A DNA stretch of 64,000 bases, from IMG/VR virus record IMGVR_UViG_3300038309_000252, positions 32,001 through 96,000 of that record. One strand, written 5' to 3'. The DNA comes from a virus. The notes below the pieces were generated by a model that worked only from the letters and a program-made list of their open reading frames with translations, was not told the DNA's origin and did not search any database. Positions 1-10,418 of this stretch are shown here, in pieces (positions within the stretch are counted from its first letter, which is position 1; every line of letters starts with the position of its first letter). The translations under genes and the position numbers were made by a program.

Positions 1-2
1 AT

Positions 3-1298
3 ATCTCAAATAATCAAATTATTAATATAATTTATGGTGTTTTAGGACAATCAGATAATCAAAAATTATTAAGTTCACAAAGCATTTCTTCAGTAATACG
101 TGTTTTAACTATCGATAGAGTTGTTTTCATTTCAACACAAAATCTATCAATATCAGTTAATCCAAATATTGAAAAAATAACAGAAGGTCTTGATAACCTT
201 TCCTTTGGATTTACACAAGGACAAGTTAATAATCAATTTCAATTAACATTGCAATCTATTGCATTTTCAAGCAATCAAAACACACAATTTGATTCTATTT
301 ATTTTACAAATTCATTAGATTTCCAAGAACTAACATCTAAAATATCAAACATAAAATTAACATCTGATAAAGACATTTCTCAACAAAATATCAGTTCATT
401 TGTAAATCCAATCACTATTCCTTTAACAATTGGAGTAAAATTATCTAAGATTGATTCTTATATTTCCATTGCTCCATTTGTTGAACAAATCTATGAAAAT
501 ATTAATACTGCATCACCTAGTTTGTTTGCTCAAGGAACAATAAAATATCAAGTTAATTTAATACCACAACCTATTCCAATCGTAGCATTCAATCAATCCG
601 ATATCTCATTACAATATTCTAAACTTTTGTATGCACAGCAAATTATTTTTAATCAAACACCTTATATTTTTCAAAATATAAGTGAAAGTTTATCCACAGA
701 AAATGCTTTACTTACTCAAAATACAGAACTACGTTTTATAATAAGAAAGCTACTGGATTCATCATTAAATCTAGCTATAGAGCAAAACTTTAATTCTATT
801 AATTATGATTATAATATCATTTCTAACGTAATTACCATTCCAATTACTTCTTTATTACCATCATTTAATGCAAATTTGCCTGTATTAAATGAATTAATTT
901 CAAATTGTTCTGATATAAAATCAAATCCATCTTATCAATTAAATGGTTTTGATTTAACTGATTTATCAATGTATCAATCCTCATATTTAACACAGTATCA
1001 ATTACAATTATCTTCTTCTGATCAAATAGTATCTAATCAAAATGATATTATTAATGAAATTGATTATGTTATAAACAGCATTGATACTAAATTATACATA
1101 GAAGAACTTTTAGATCATTATTCATATATCTATGGTCTTGATCTTGGACTAGTAAATGGTGAAATAGAATCTTACTTAATGCTTCCATATAAAATTAAAT
1201 ATGGTTCATTTGTTGTTGCGCCAGCAATTAATGGAATAATTCCAAACACTTCAAAAATTAACAAAATTACCTATCCACAAATGAAAAAGGCAATCTAA
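3..1298 (+). CDS. 5'-truncated hypothetical, probably a virion/tail structural protein
   Basis: The frame of ORF 249..1298 stays open back to the window edge. S/N/I/Q-rich and upstream of the neck genes. Confidence 0.55.
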   Translation: MSNNQIINIIYGVLGQSDNQKLLSSQSISSVIRVLTIDRVVFISTQNLSISVNPNIEKITEGLDNLSFGFTQGQVNNQFQLTLQSIAFSSNQNTQFDSIYFTNSLDFQELTSKISNIKLTSDKDISQQNISSFVNPITIPLTIGVKLSKIDSYISIAPFVEQIYENINTASPSLFAQGTIKYQVNLIPQPIPIVAFNQSDISLQYSKLLYAQQIIFNQTPYIFQNISESLSTENALLTQNTELRFIIRKLLDSSLNLAIEQNFNSINYDYNIISNVITIPITSLLPSFNANLPVLNELISNCSDIKSNPSYQLNGFDLTDLSMYQSSYLTQYQLQLSSSDQIVSNQNDIINEIDYVINSIDTKLYIEELLDHYSYIYGLDLGLVNGEIESYLMLPYKIKYGSFVVAPAINGIIPNTSKINKITYPQMKKAI

Positions 1299-1618
1299 TG
1301 TTTAATGCTGTTTATTACAAAAATGATACTGTATTTAAAATTTTAAATGTAACTAATGCTACTACTGGTGAACCCATTACAAATGCACATGCAAAGGTTA
1401 ATGGCATTAAGTTATATGGCACAGAAACTTTTATTTCTCCTGATATGTTTCCAATAAATCTTGATTCAATGGATAATGGTATCTATTTGGGTATTTTGCC
1501 ACATACACTAGATTTAATCCCAAATACAAAATACATTTGCATGATAGAATTAGATACAGAGGAAGGAATGCAAGCATATTGGGAGTTTACTTTTACTTGC
1601 AGATTAAGGCAGGAATAA
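1298..1618 (+). CDS. hypothetical protein (small beta-rich, possibly a virion protein)
   Basis: Overlaps the previous stop (TAATG) and is coupled to g13. Confidence 0.6.
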   Translation: MFNAVYYKNDTVFKILNVTNATTGEPITNAHAKVNGIKLYGTETFISPDMFPINLDSMDNGIYLGILPHTLDLIPNTKYICMIELDTEEGMQAYWEFTFTCRLRQE

Positions 1619-1619
1619 C

Positions 1620-2579
1620 ATGATTTATACCAGACAAGATTTTGCTGATTATTGTCTTAGGTCACTTGGTGCACCAGTTGTTGAAATCAATATTGATGAT
1701 ACACAATTAGAAGATAGAATTGATGAAGCACTTTTATATTGGCAATTATACCATAATGAAGGTGTGGAAAAGATGTATTTGAAACAGAAACTTAATTGTT
1801 CAGTACTTAAACTTGCATCAAATAATGCAGAATATTTTAAACTTGGAAGTATTCTTAAAGGACAAACATCTGGTGCAACAGCACAAGTTGTTGAGCAAAT
1901 AGACAAGAAATCAGAAGGTTCTGATCTTATTGTTAGATTTGTAAAAGGTGAATTTGTAAGCAATGAAACAATTGTTGCGGACCAAATAACAGGACAATTG
2001 ACAACAACAGATTTTTATATTCCTGGAGAAATTGAACAGAAATGGATTCAATTGCCAGATTATATTTTTGGAGTAACACGGGTTCTTCCTTTAACAGGAA
2101 CTCAAACTTCAAAATCTATGTTTGATATTCAATATCAATTAAGATTAAATGATTTATATGATTTAACATCAACTTCTATTGTTTACTATACCCAAGTAAT
2201 GCAACATTTATCATTGCTTGATCTTGAATTGAATGGTAAACCAATGTTCAGATTTAATCGTATTATGGGAAGAATATTTATTGATACAAATTGGGAAGCA
2301 AATATCATACCTGGATCATTTATTGTTTTAGAATGCTATAGAGCATTGGACCCATCATCTTTCTATAAAGTATGGAATGAACCATGGTTAAAATCATATA
2401 CTTCTGCTTTAATAAAAAAACAATGGGGTACTAATCTAAAGAAGTTTTCTGGTATTCAATTGCCTGGTGGTGTTACATTAGATGGACAATCAATGTATAC
2501 AGAAGCTATGGATGAAATTAGAAATCTTATTGAAGAATTGCAAATGAAATCTGCTCCATTAGAGTTTTTCATGGGATAA
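1620..2579 (+). CDS. g13: neck protein gp13
   Basis: Motifs YCLRSLGAPVVEINIDDTQLEDRIDEAL and KKQWGTNLKKFSGIQLPGGVTLDG; synteny. Confidence 0.95.
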   Translation: MIYTRQDFADYCLRSLGAPVVEINIDDTQLEDRIDEALLYWQLYHNEGVEKMYLKQKLNCSVLKLASNNAEYFKLGSILKGQTSGATAQVVEQIDKKSEGSDLIVRFVKGEFVSNETIVADQITGQLTTTDFYIPGEIEQKWIQLPDYIFGVTRVLPLTGTQTSKSMFDIQYQLRLNDLYDLTSTSIVYYTQVMQHLSLLDLELNGKPMFRFNRIMGRIFIDTNWEANIIPGSFIVLECYRALDPSSFYKVWNEPWLKSYTSALIKKQWGTNLKKFSGIQLPGGVTLDGQSMYTEAMDEIRNLIEELQMKSAPLEFFMG

Positions 2580-2585
2580 TAAGAC

Positions 2586-3242
2586 ATGGCAAACCTTAAG
2601 AATCCATATTTTACTATGGGAACATCACATGAACAGAATCTTATTGAAAATTTGATTATTGAATCATTGCAAATCTTTGGTCAGATTTTATATTATATAC
2701 CTCGTACATTAGTATCCAAAGATGAAATCTTTGGTGAGGATAGATTAAGTAAGTTTATTAGATCTTATCCCATTGAAATGTACCTAGAAAGTGTTGATAG
2801 TTTTGACGGTCAAGGTGCTTTCATTCAAAAGTTTGGATTAATGATGGAGCAATCAGCAACATTGGTTGTGGCAAGAAAAAGATGGGAACAGTTGATTGGT
2901 GAATATAATAAAACTATTCTTCCAAATAGACCAGCAGAAGGTGATTTACTTTACTTTCCATTGTCTAAAGGATTATTTGAAATTAAGTTTGTAAAGCATC
3001 AAGATCCATTTTATCAATTAGGTCGCCTTTATGTTTACAAATTACAAGTTGAATTATTTCAATATAATTCAGAAAGAATTGATACAAATATCCCTGAAAT
3101 TGATATCTTTGAAAGTCTCAAAACTTTTGACGTTGATAAACAACCAGATGTCGATAAACCAGATTCATTTGGTGATAATAACAAATATGCAGAATTAAGT
3201 GATTTTATTCTTGATACAGATAATCCATTTGGAGATCCATAA
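2586..3242 (+). CDS. g14: neck protein gp14
   Basis: Motifs EQNLIENLIIESLQIFG..YYIPR and RPAEGDLLYFPL..LFEIKFV.H..PFYQLG. Confidence 0.95.
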   Translation: MANLKNPYFTMGTSHEQNLIENLIIESLQIFGQILYYIPRTLVSKDEIFGEDRLSKFIRSYPIEMYLESVDSFDGQGAFIQKFGLMMEQSATLVVARKRWEQLIGEYNKTILPNRPAEGDLLYFPLSKGLFEIKFVKHQDPFYQLGRLYVYKLQVELFQYNSERIDTNIPEIDIFESLKTFDVDKQPDVDKPDSFGDNNKYAELSDFILDTDNPFGDP

Positions 3243-3979
3243 TGTTGAATGAAAACATTTTCTATTATGGGGTAATTAAAAAAACAATAATTTCATTTGG
3301 ACGATTATTTTCAAATATTAGAATTGAAAGAAGGGAAAATGATTCTGTAAATGGAACCATTGTGCAAAATTTGCACATTCCTATATCATATGCTCCCAAA
3401 GAAAAGTGGGTAACTAGAATCGATTCTGCTCCAAATCTAGAAAATAATACTTATGTTTCTTTGCCAAGAATGTCTTATGAAATATCATCAATTTCTTATG
3501 ACAGTACACGCAAAATGTCAAAGATGCAAAAGATTATTTGTAATTCGGAAACTTCACAAAAGTCAATGTATAGTCCTGTTCCTTATGATATTGCAATTAC
3601 ATTGAATATTTTAACTAAAACTCAAGAAGATGGATTACAAATTATTGAACAGATATTACCAACATTTACTCCTGAATATAATATGTCAATAATGATTGTT
3701 CCTGATTTCAACGTTGTTCAGAATATTCCAATTGTATTGAATGGTGTTAGCATGACAGATGAATATGATGGGGATTTTCAAACAAGAAGATTCGTTACCT
3801 ATAATCTAAACTTCAATTTAAAAGTAAATCTATTTGGTCCATCATTAGATAATAAGATTATCCTTAAAACAGAAACAAATGTACGTAATATAAATACTGA
3901 ATTTATTCAAAACACACACCATTCTGAAGGTAATGCAGAAACTTTTGATGTTGTATTAGATGAATGGACAAATAATTAA
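3242..3979 (+). CDS. g15: tail terminator / sheath stabilizer gp15
   Basis: Motifs FGRLFSNI, PISYAPKEK, LPRMSYE and DGLQIIEQILPTFTP. Confidence 0.95.
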   Translation: MLNENIFYYGVIKKTIISFGRLFSNIRIERRENDSVNGTIVQNLHIPISYAPKEKWVTRIDSAPNLENNTYVSLPRMSYEISSISYDSTRKMSKMQKIICNSETSQKSMYSPVPYDIAITLNILTKTQEDGLQIIEQILPTFTPEYNMSIMIVPDFNVVQNIPIVLNGVSMTDEYDGDFQTRRFVTYNLNFNLKVNLFGPSLDNKIILKTETNVRNINTEFIQNTHHSEGNAETFDVVLDEWTNN

Positions 3980-6408
3980 TGTTACTTTATAGAGATAAAC
4001 CAAATCTTAAAGCAGCAGGTGTACCTATTGCTTATACTAAGGAACAATTGAATGAATATATCAAATGTTCTAAAGATCCATTATATTTCATTAAGAACTA
4101 TGCCAAGATCGTTTCTTTAGATAAAGGGATTATTCCATTTTCTCCATTTCCTTATCAAGAAAGAATCATCAAAACAATTCATAATAACAAAAATACCTTA
4201 GCAAAGTTATTTCGTCAAGCTGGTAAAGCACTGCCATTATTTACAGAAATTCCAACACCAACTGGATTCATGAAGATAAAAGATATCCATATTGGGGATC
4301 AAGTCTTTGATTCACAAGGTAACATTTGTAATGTAATTGCTGAATCAAAAGAACAAGAATTAGAAATGTATTACATGAAATTTGATACTGGTGAACATGT
4401 TATTTCATGTAAAGACCATCAATGGGTTGTGTTTAATAAAGAAGATCAAGATACTCCAATTACATGTACTACTTTAGAATTACTTGATTTAATAAATGGT
4501 TCAAATAAATATATTATCAAAAACACTAAACCAGTAAATTATCCTGAAAAGATTCATTTAATAGAACCATATGAATATGGTTATGCTATTGGGTTATTTA
4601 CTAGAGAAATACCACAACAATATTTGTTTGGAGGTATTGAGAAAAGAATAGCATTGGTACAAGGTATCATGGATGCCATTGGGAAAGTAGCAATGCATGC
4701 ATGTAGTGTTTCTGTATTAAATCATAAATGGAGATTTATTGAATCATTCAAGATATTATTACAAAGTCTTGGATTGAATGTAAAAATAAAATATGATCAT
4801 GATATTTACAGAATAATAACATTATCATTTAATGAGTCAAACTTTCCTGTATTTCGTAATTCAGAGTTGCAATCAAAATTACCAAAATCTGTTGAATGTT
4901 GCAAAACAATTATTAGTATTTCAGAAATACCTTCATTAATTTGGGGCAAATGCATTCAAGTAGATAGTCCAGACTCTACTTATCTTTGCACAAAAGAATA
5001 TATTCCAACACATAATTCAACTATTGTTGCAGGTTATTTTGCTTGGTATACATTATTTAATGACAATAAAACATCTATTATTCTTGCAAATAAACAACAA
5101 ATTGCTATTGAGATTTTTAGCAGAGTACAATTTATTATTGAACATCTTCCAATTTGGTTGCAACAAGGTGTTTTAGAATGGAATAAAAAGTCATTGGTAT
5201 TGGAAAATGGTTCAAGATGTTTAGCATCAGCAACATCTATTTCTGCAATTCGTGGTATGTCTGCAAATATGATTTTGCTAGATGAGTTTGCTCATTTACT
5301 TCCTTCTTTAGCTGATGAGTTTATTGCATCAGTGTTTCCAACATTATCATCATCAGAATCATCAAAATTAGTAATTGTTTCTACACCTAATGGATTAAAT
5401 CATTACCATAAATTGTGGATAGAAGCTATCAACAAAAATAATGATTTTGTTACAGTTGAAGGTCATTGGTCTGAAAATCCAACAAGAAATCAAAAATGGG
5501 CAGATGAACAATTATTAAAATTAGGTGAAGTAAAGTATAGACAAGAAATTGAATGCTCTTTTGAAGGATCATCATATACTTTAATTAGTGGTGTTAAATT
5601 AGCAACATTACCAATTATTAATCCATTATTTACTCGTGATGGATTAGAAATATATAAAAGACCAGAACCTAACACACAATATGTTATAACAGTTGATGTT
5701 GCAAGAGGAACTTATTCAGACTATACAGCATTTTCAATATTTGATATATCAGAAATGCCTTATGAAATTGTAGCAATTTATAAAAATAATTTAATATCAA
5801 CACTTGAATTTCCACATTTATTATATAATATGACACAACAATATAATAATGCTTATTTGCTTATTGAATTAAATGATTTAGGTGAAGAAGTATCAAATAT
5901 AATTTGGTATGATTATGAATATGAAAATATTTACTTTACAACAGAAAATTACAAAACAAGAAATAGTCAATTATCACAGAGTGGTGGAAAACCTGGTATT
6001 AGAACTACATTAAAAGTAAAATCACTTGGTTGTTCTATTCTTAAAGAACTAGTTGAAAAGGATCAATTAATAATTAATTCATATAAAATTATAGAAGAAC
6101 TAGGTGTTTTTGTAGTTAATAAAAGATCATATCAAGCTATTAATACAACAATAAATGATGATTTAGTAACAACATTATGGTTGTTTGCATGGTTAACAAA
6201 ACAAACTGTTTTTCAACAATTAACAGATATTAATTTGAGACAAAAATTAACAGAACAAAAACAACAATATATTGATTCGACACTAACACCATTTGGTTTT
6301 TATGATAACGGATTTAATCCAATAGAGAATCAAATGGTTGATAATTCAAGAATTCCGGAAGGTCCATTATTTAATTTAACAGATGATCAAAACCAATTAT
6401 TGAGATGA
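3979..6408 (+). CDS. g17: terminase large subunit gp17, intein-containing
   Basis: Motifs YRDKPNLK and DPLYFIKNY; Walker A RQAGK|S interrupted by an intein; Walker B LLDEFAH; STPNGLNH; nuclease motifs VDVARG and DDLV. Confidence 0.97.
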   Translation: MLLYRDKPNLKAAGVPIAYTKEQLNEYIKCSKDPLYFIKNYAKIVSLDKGIIPFSPFPYQERIIKTIHNNKNTLAKLFRQAGKALPLFTEIPTPTGFMKIKDIHIGDQVFDSQGNICNVIAESKEQELEMYYMKFDTGEHVISCKDHQWVVFNKEDQDTPITCTTLELLDLINGSNKYIIKNTKPVNYPEKIHLIEPYEYGYAIGLFTREIPQQYLFGGIEKRIALVQGIMDAIGKVAMHACSVSVLNHKWRFIESFKILLQSLGLNVKIKYDHDIYRIITLSFNESNFPVFRNSELQSKLPKSVECCKTIISISEIPSLIWGKCIQVDSPDSTYLCTKEYIPTHNSTIVAGYFAWYTLFNDNKTSIILANKQQIAIEIFSRVQFIIEHLPIWLQQGVLEWNKKSLVLENGSRCLASATSISAIRGMSANMILLDEFAHLLPSLADEFIASVFPTLSSSESSKLVIVSTPNGLNHYHKLWIEAINKNNDFVTVEGHWSENPTRNQKWADEQLLKLGEVKYRQEIECSFEGSSYTLISGVKLATLPIINPLFTRDGLEIYKRPEPNTQYVITVDVARGTYSDYTAFSIFDISEMPYEIVAIYKNNLISTLEFPHLLYNMTQQYNNAYLLIELNDLGEEVSNIIWYDYEYENIYFTTENYKTRNSQLSQSGGKPGIRTTLKVKSLGCSILKELVEKDQLIINSYKIIEELGVFVVNKRSYQAINTTINDDLVTTLWLFAWLTKQTVFQQLTDINLRQKLTEQKQQYIDSTLTPFGFYDNGFNPIENQMVDNSRIPEGPLFNLTDDQNQLLR
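4228..5016 (+). mobile_element. class 3 (Ala1, WCT-motif) intein, 263 aa, with degenerate LAGLIDADG remnant
   Basis: Starts ALPLFTEIPTPTG and ends PTHN/S. Block B is SCKDHQW, block F is GKCIQVD, and RIALVQGIMDAIG is a LAGLIDADG-like block. Confidence 0.9.
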
Positions 6409-6420
6409 GACACAGTTTCT

Positions 6421-6877
6421 TTAAAATTTAATTTTAAAGATGGATTTCTGCTTCAAACCAACAAAGGACGATTGATTCAATCTTATCTTGTTCAATGTTT
6501 CTTGTTTAATTGAACCAGCTTGATCTAGGTTAATTTGTTGTTCTAGATTATTTATTGTTCAAGGTTACATTGTTTAATTGAACCAGCTTGATCTAGGTTA
6601 ATTTGTTGTTTAAGGTTTCTTGTTTTATTGTTCTAGATCATTTGTTGTTTAATGTTTCTTGTTTAATTGAACCAGGTTGATCCATGGTTAATTTGTTGTT
6701 CTAGATCATTTATTGTTCAAGGTTACATTGTTTTATGTTACCTTTTATGGTATAATGTTTCTTGTTTTATTGATCTAGGTTAATTTAATGTTCTAGATCG
6801 TTAAAGTTTTTTTGTTCCTTAAAGAACACATTTATTATACCATATTTTTGGACAAAAGTCAACTGTATACAGGATTT
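6421..6877. repeat. non-coding modular repeat element, copy 1
   Basis: Modules start with TTGTT. There are three copies of a ~36 nt hairpin module and 7 GATC sites. The flanks are near-identical to 32324-32745. Confidence 0.9.
6834..6862 (-). promoter_or_regulatory. sigma70-type promoter reading into repeat element 1
   Basis: TTGACT-17bp-TATAAT with extended -10 TG on the minus strand. Confidence 0.8.
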
Positions 6878-6905
6878 CATGATTATTCTACAAAAAACTG
6901 GTAAA

Positions 6906-6914
6906 TACTAAATA
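6906..6914 (+). promoter_or_regulatory. gp55-type late promoter
   Basis: TACTAAATA upstream of g18. The same motif precedes g22 and ORF 47404. Confidence 0.65.
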
Positions 6915-6968
6915 TTTTCGAAATTGTAGAATATTAAAGCAAATATTCATTATTAAGAGGGGTTTCAT

Positions 6969-8915
6969 ATGCCATTCCAACTATCACCTGGTGTTTTAAT
7001 CGTAGAAAAGGATTTAACAAATATCATTCCAGCAGTTGCTACTTCAACAGGTGCATTTGTTGGTACATTCCCATGGGGACCAGTATTAGATCCTACTTTA
7101 GTAGATTCAGAAATTAGTTTAGTAAATCGATTTGGAAAACCACAAACAGATAATGCTACATCATTTTTTACAGCAGCAAACTTTTTATCATATACAAATA
7201 ATTTGCAACTTATCCGTGTTGATACAGATAATCACCGTAATGCTGTTGCTGTACAATCTGGAACAGTAACAGGAGTAACTATTACAAATGGTGGTACAGG
7301 ATTTGCTGATCCTGTTACAGTAATATTTGGACCACCACAAGAAGTTGGTGGTGTACAAGCTACTGGTCATGCAATAGTTGGTGCTGGAGGAGCAATAGAA
7401 AGTATTATAATTGATAATCCAGGATCAGGATATACTAATGAACCGTCTATTACAGTTTCTAGTCAAGATGGAATTGGTTTTGTTGGTGATGTTAATATTA
7501 TTATTGGTGGTATTAAAATCAATAATGAACAAGATTATATGGAACAATACGTCAATGGCGCAGGATTAGTTGGTTGTTTTGCTGCCAAGTTTCCTGGTGC
7601 TTTAGGGAATAGTATTAGAGTTGAAATGGCAGATGAATCAACCTTTACCAATTGGGTTTATAATGCAGAATTTGATTCACCACCAAATACTTCAACTTAT
7701 GCATCTTCAGTTGGTGGTGCAAATGATGAAGTCCATATTATTATTATTGATGACGATGGACTATGGACTGGTCAACGTGGTGCTATTATTGAGAAATTTG
7801 CTTTTGCCTCAAAAGCTAGTGATGCTCGTAATTCTGATGGTACAAATATGTACTATAAGAATGTTATTAATACTAATTCAAAGTATATTTGGTGGATGGA
7901 CCATCCTGAGTCTTCTGCTTTAGAAACATCTGGTTCAGATTGGGGTAGTGAAGCTCATAATCATACTTTTAAATCATTAAATACAGTTTATGGGGTTTCT
8001 TTATCAGGTGGTGTTGATGATTTAATTGCAACTGAAGGTCAATTAATGAGAGCATGGTCAATATTTGCTAATGCAGAACTTTATGACATTAGTTTACTTC
8101 CAACTGGTCAAGTAACACCTCTTGTTGCCGCATATGTTCTTCAGAATGTAGTAGATGCAAGACGTGATTGTGTAGCATTTATTTCTCCAACTACTCCAGA
8201 AGGTTCTGTTATTCGTGGTATGGACCTTGCAGAACAGACTGTTAATTTCAGAAATAATGTTCCATTTAATATCACTAGTTCTTATGGAGTACTTGATTCT
8301 GGATGGAAATATCAATATGATAGTTATAATGACGTATACCGATGGGTACCTTTGAATGGTGATATTGCTGGTCTTTGCGCAAGAACAGATTATACCAATG
8401 ATCCATGGTGGTCTCCTGGTGGATTAAATCGTGGACAGATCAAGAACGTTGTGAAATTATCTTTCAACCCATCTAAGGCAGAACGAGATGAACTTTATAA
8501 AAATGGTATTAATCCAGTATGTTCATTCCCTGGTCAAGGAACTGTACTTTTTGGTGATAAAACTTTATTAGCAAAACCAAGTGCATTTGATAGGATTAAC
8601 GTTAGAAGATTGTTTATTGTTCTAGAAAAAGCAATTGCAATTGCCGCTAAGTACCAATTGTTCGAGTTCAATGATTCATTCACTAGAGCACAATTTCGCT
8701 CAATGGTAGAACCATTTTTACGTGATGTACAAGGACGACGTGGTATTATTGATTTCCGTGTTAAGTGTGATGATACCAATAATACTGGTGAAGTAATTGA
8801 TAGAAATGAATTTATTGCTGATATTTACATCAAACCTGCAAGATCAATCAATTTCATTACCTTAAATTTCGTAGCTGTACGTACAGGTGTTTCTTTTGAT
8901 GAAGTTGGAGCATAA
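6969..8915 (+). CDS. g18: tail sheath protein gp18
   Basis: Motifs MPFQLSPGV..VEKDLT, PWWSPGGLNRGQI and SAFDRINVRRLF. Confidence 0.98.
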   Translation: MPFQLSPGVLIVEKDLTNIIPAVATSTGAFVGTFPWGPVLDPTLVDSEISLVNRFGKPQTDNATSFFTAANFLSYTNNLQLIRVDTDNHRNAVAVQSGTVTGVTITNGGTGFADPVTVIFGPPQEVGGVQATGHAIVGAGGAIESIIIDNPGSGYTNEPSITVSSQDGIGFVGDVNIIIGGIKINNEQDYMEQYVNGAGLVGCFAAKFPGALGNSIRVEMADESTFTNWVYNAEFDSPPNTSTYASSVGGANDEVHIIIIDDDGLWTGQRGAIIEKFAFASKASDARNSDGTNMYYKNVINTNSKYIWWMDHPESSALETSGSDWGSEAHNHTFKSLNTVYGVSLSGGVDDLIATEGQLMRAWSIFANAELYDISLLPTGQVTPLVAAYVLQNVVDARRDCVAFISPTTPEGSVIRGMDLAEQTVNFRNNVPFNITSSYGVLDSGWKYQYDSYNDVYRWVPLNGDIAGLCARTDYTNDPWWSPGGLNRGQIKNVVKLSFNPSKAERDELYKNGINPVCSFPGQGTVLFGDKTLLAKPSAFDRINVRRLFIVLEKAIAIAAKYQLFEFNDSFTRAQFRSMVEPFLRDVQGRRGIIDFRVKCDDTNNTGEVIDRNEFIADIYIKPARSINFITLNFVAVRTGVSFDEVGA

Positions 8916-8923
8916 ATAGTAAT

Positions 8924-10405
8924 ATGAAATCCAATGCTGCTCTATGGGAAAAATATGACAAAGATCAGTTAATTTCTGATCTTAATGTTATGCCTATAGA
9001 GCAGCTAATGGAGAAATACAATTCTTCAAGAAGATGCATTCATGTAGCTTGTAGAAAGTTTGATATTCTATTAGATTCTAGACTGTTTGGTAAAAAGCTA
9101 AAACATCAAATACCGGAAAAAGATATTTTAATGGAGCAATTAAAACAAGGCAAACAACACGCTGCTCAAGTATTCAATTGTTCTATTCCTGTTGTTAATT
9201 CTTGGATTAAGAAGCATAACATCACTATAGAATCATATTATGGAGTGAAAGCTGTTTTAGACAAGAATCTAGTACTTGATTTAATTTCTCAAGGATTATC
9301 AGATCGAGATATAGCAAAACGTTTTGGGGTTTCTTTTGCTACAATTGAAAGATTTGCTTCTAGACATAATGTAACAGTCCACAAGAAAGGTATTTCCTGG
9401 AAAGACGTTGATCAGAAATTAGAAACTAATTTCAATTGGATTTGTGAACAGAATCAGACTAGAACCATTTTAGACATTAGTACAGAATTGGGTATTTCTG
9501 CATCCAAGACACTTAAGTTTCTAGATTCCAAAGGGTTTGATATTGTTAGTCATTCAATAAATAAATCAAAAGGTGAATTGGAAGTCAAGGATTACATTTC
9601 TTCTTTGGGGGTTTCTTGTCAATCTGTTAAAAGAAAGTTCAATGACAAAGTATTTGAACTGGACATCTTTGTGCAAGACAAAATGTTTGCCATTGAATAC
9701 TGCGGGGAATATTGGCATTCTGACGAACAGAAACCCAAAATGTATCATTATCAGAAATATCAATGGTGTAAAGATCAAGGGATTACATTATTTACTATAT
9801 TTGAGCATCAATGGAAACACAAGAAAGAAATCATTAAATCCATGATCAAAGCTAGATTAGGTCTAGCAAAGAAGATTCATGCCAGACAGACAATTGTCAA
9901 AGACATTTCTGCTGATGAAGCAAAGACATTCTATGAAGAAAATCATTTGCAAGGTTATACACCTAGTACAATTCACAAAGGATTGTTTTTCGAAAATGAA
10001 CTAGTTGCAGCTATGTCAATCGTCAAGTCTAGATTCAGAAAAGATGAAGAATGGGAAATGTCCAGACTGGCATTCAAACTACACCATGTGATTGTTGGTG
10101 GTGCATCTAAGCTGCTGAAACAATTTAAAGATTACTCAATGATATCTTATGCTGATCTTTGTATTGGTGACGGGCAAGTCTATGAAAAGATGGGATTTAT
10201 CAGATTAAAGAACACTACACCTAACTATTTCTACTTTCATAAATATTCTGGAATTATTCATTCACGAATGACATGCCAGAAAAAGAATCTAAATAATATT
10301 TTATCATCATTTAATCCGATTTTGACAGAATATGAAAATATGTCAAATAATGGTTATTTACGAGTTTGGACTTGTGGCAATGCAATTTTTCAAAGAAAAT
10401 TATAA
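8924..10405 (+). mobile_element. Hef-like free-standing homing endonuclease (HTH repeats + PD-(D/E)xK/Vsr-like + GNAT/Mom-like C-terminus)
   Basis: Motif ELDIFV..AIEYCGEYWHS. Inserted between g18 and g19; paralog at 16549. Confidence 0.8.
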
Positions 10406-10418
10406 GGAGTAATTTTTA

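Noticed and set aside
6490-6720. CRISPR mini-array (36 nt repeat ending ..ATTAAAC on the minus strand)
   Set aside because: The intervening sequences are reused modules rather than unique spacers, their lengths are irregular, and there are no cas genes.
6421-6877. CsrB/RsmZ-like sRNA
   Set aside because: Only one or two GGA motifs per copy on the transcribed strand, too few to support it.
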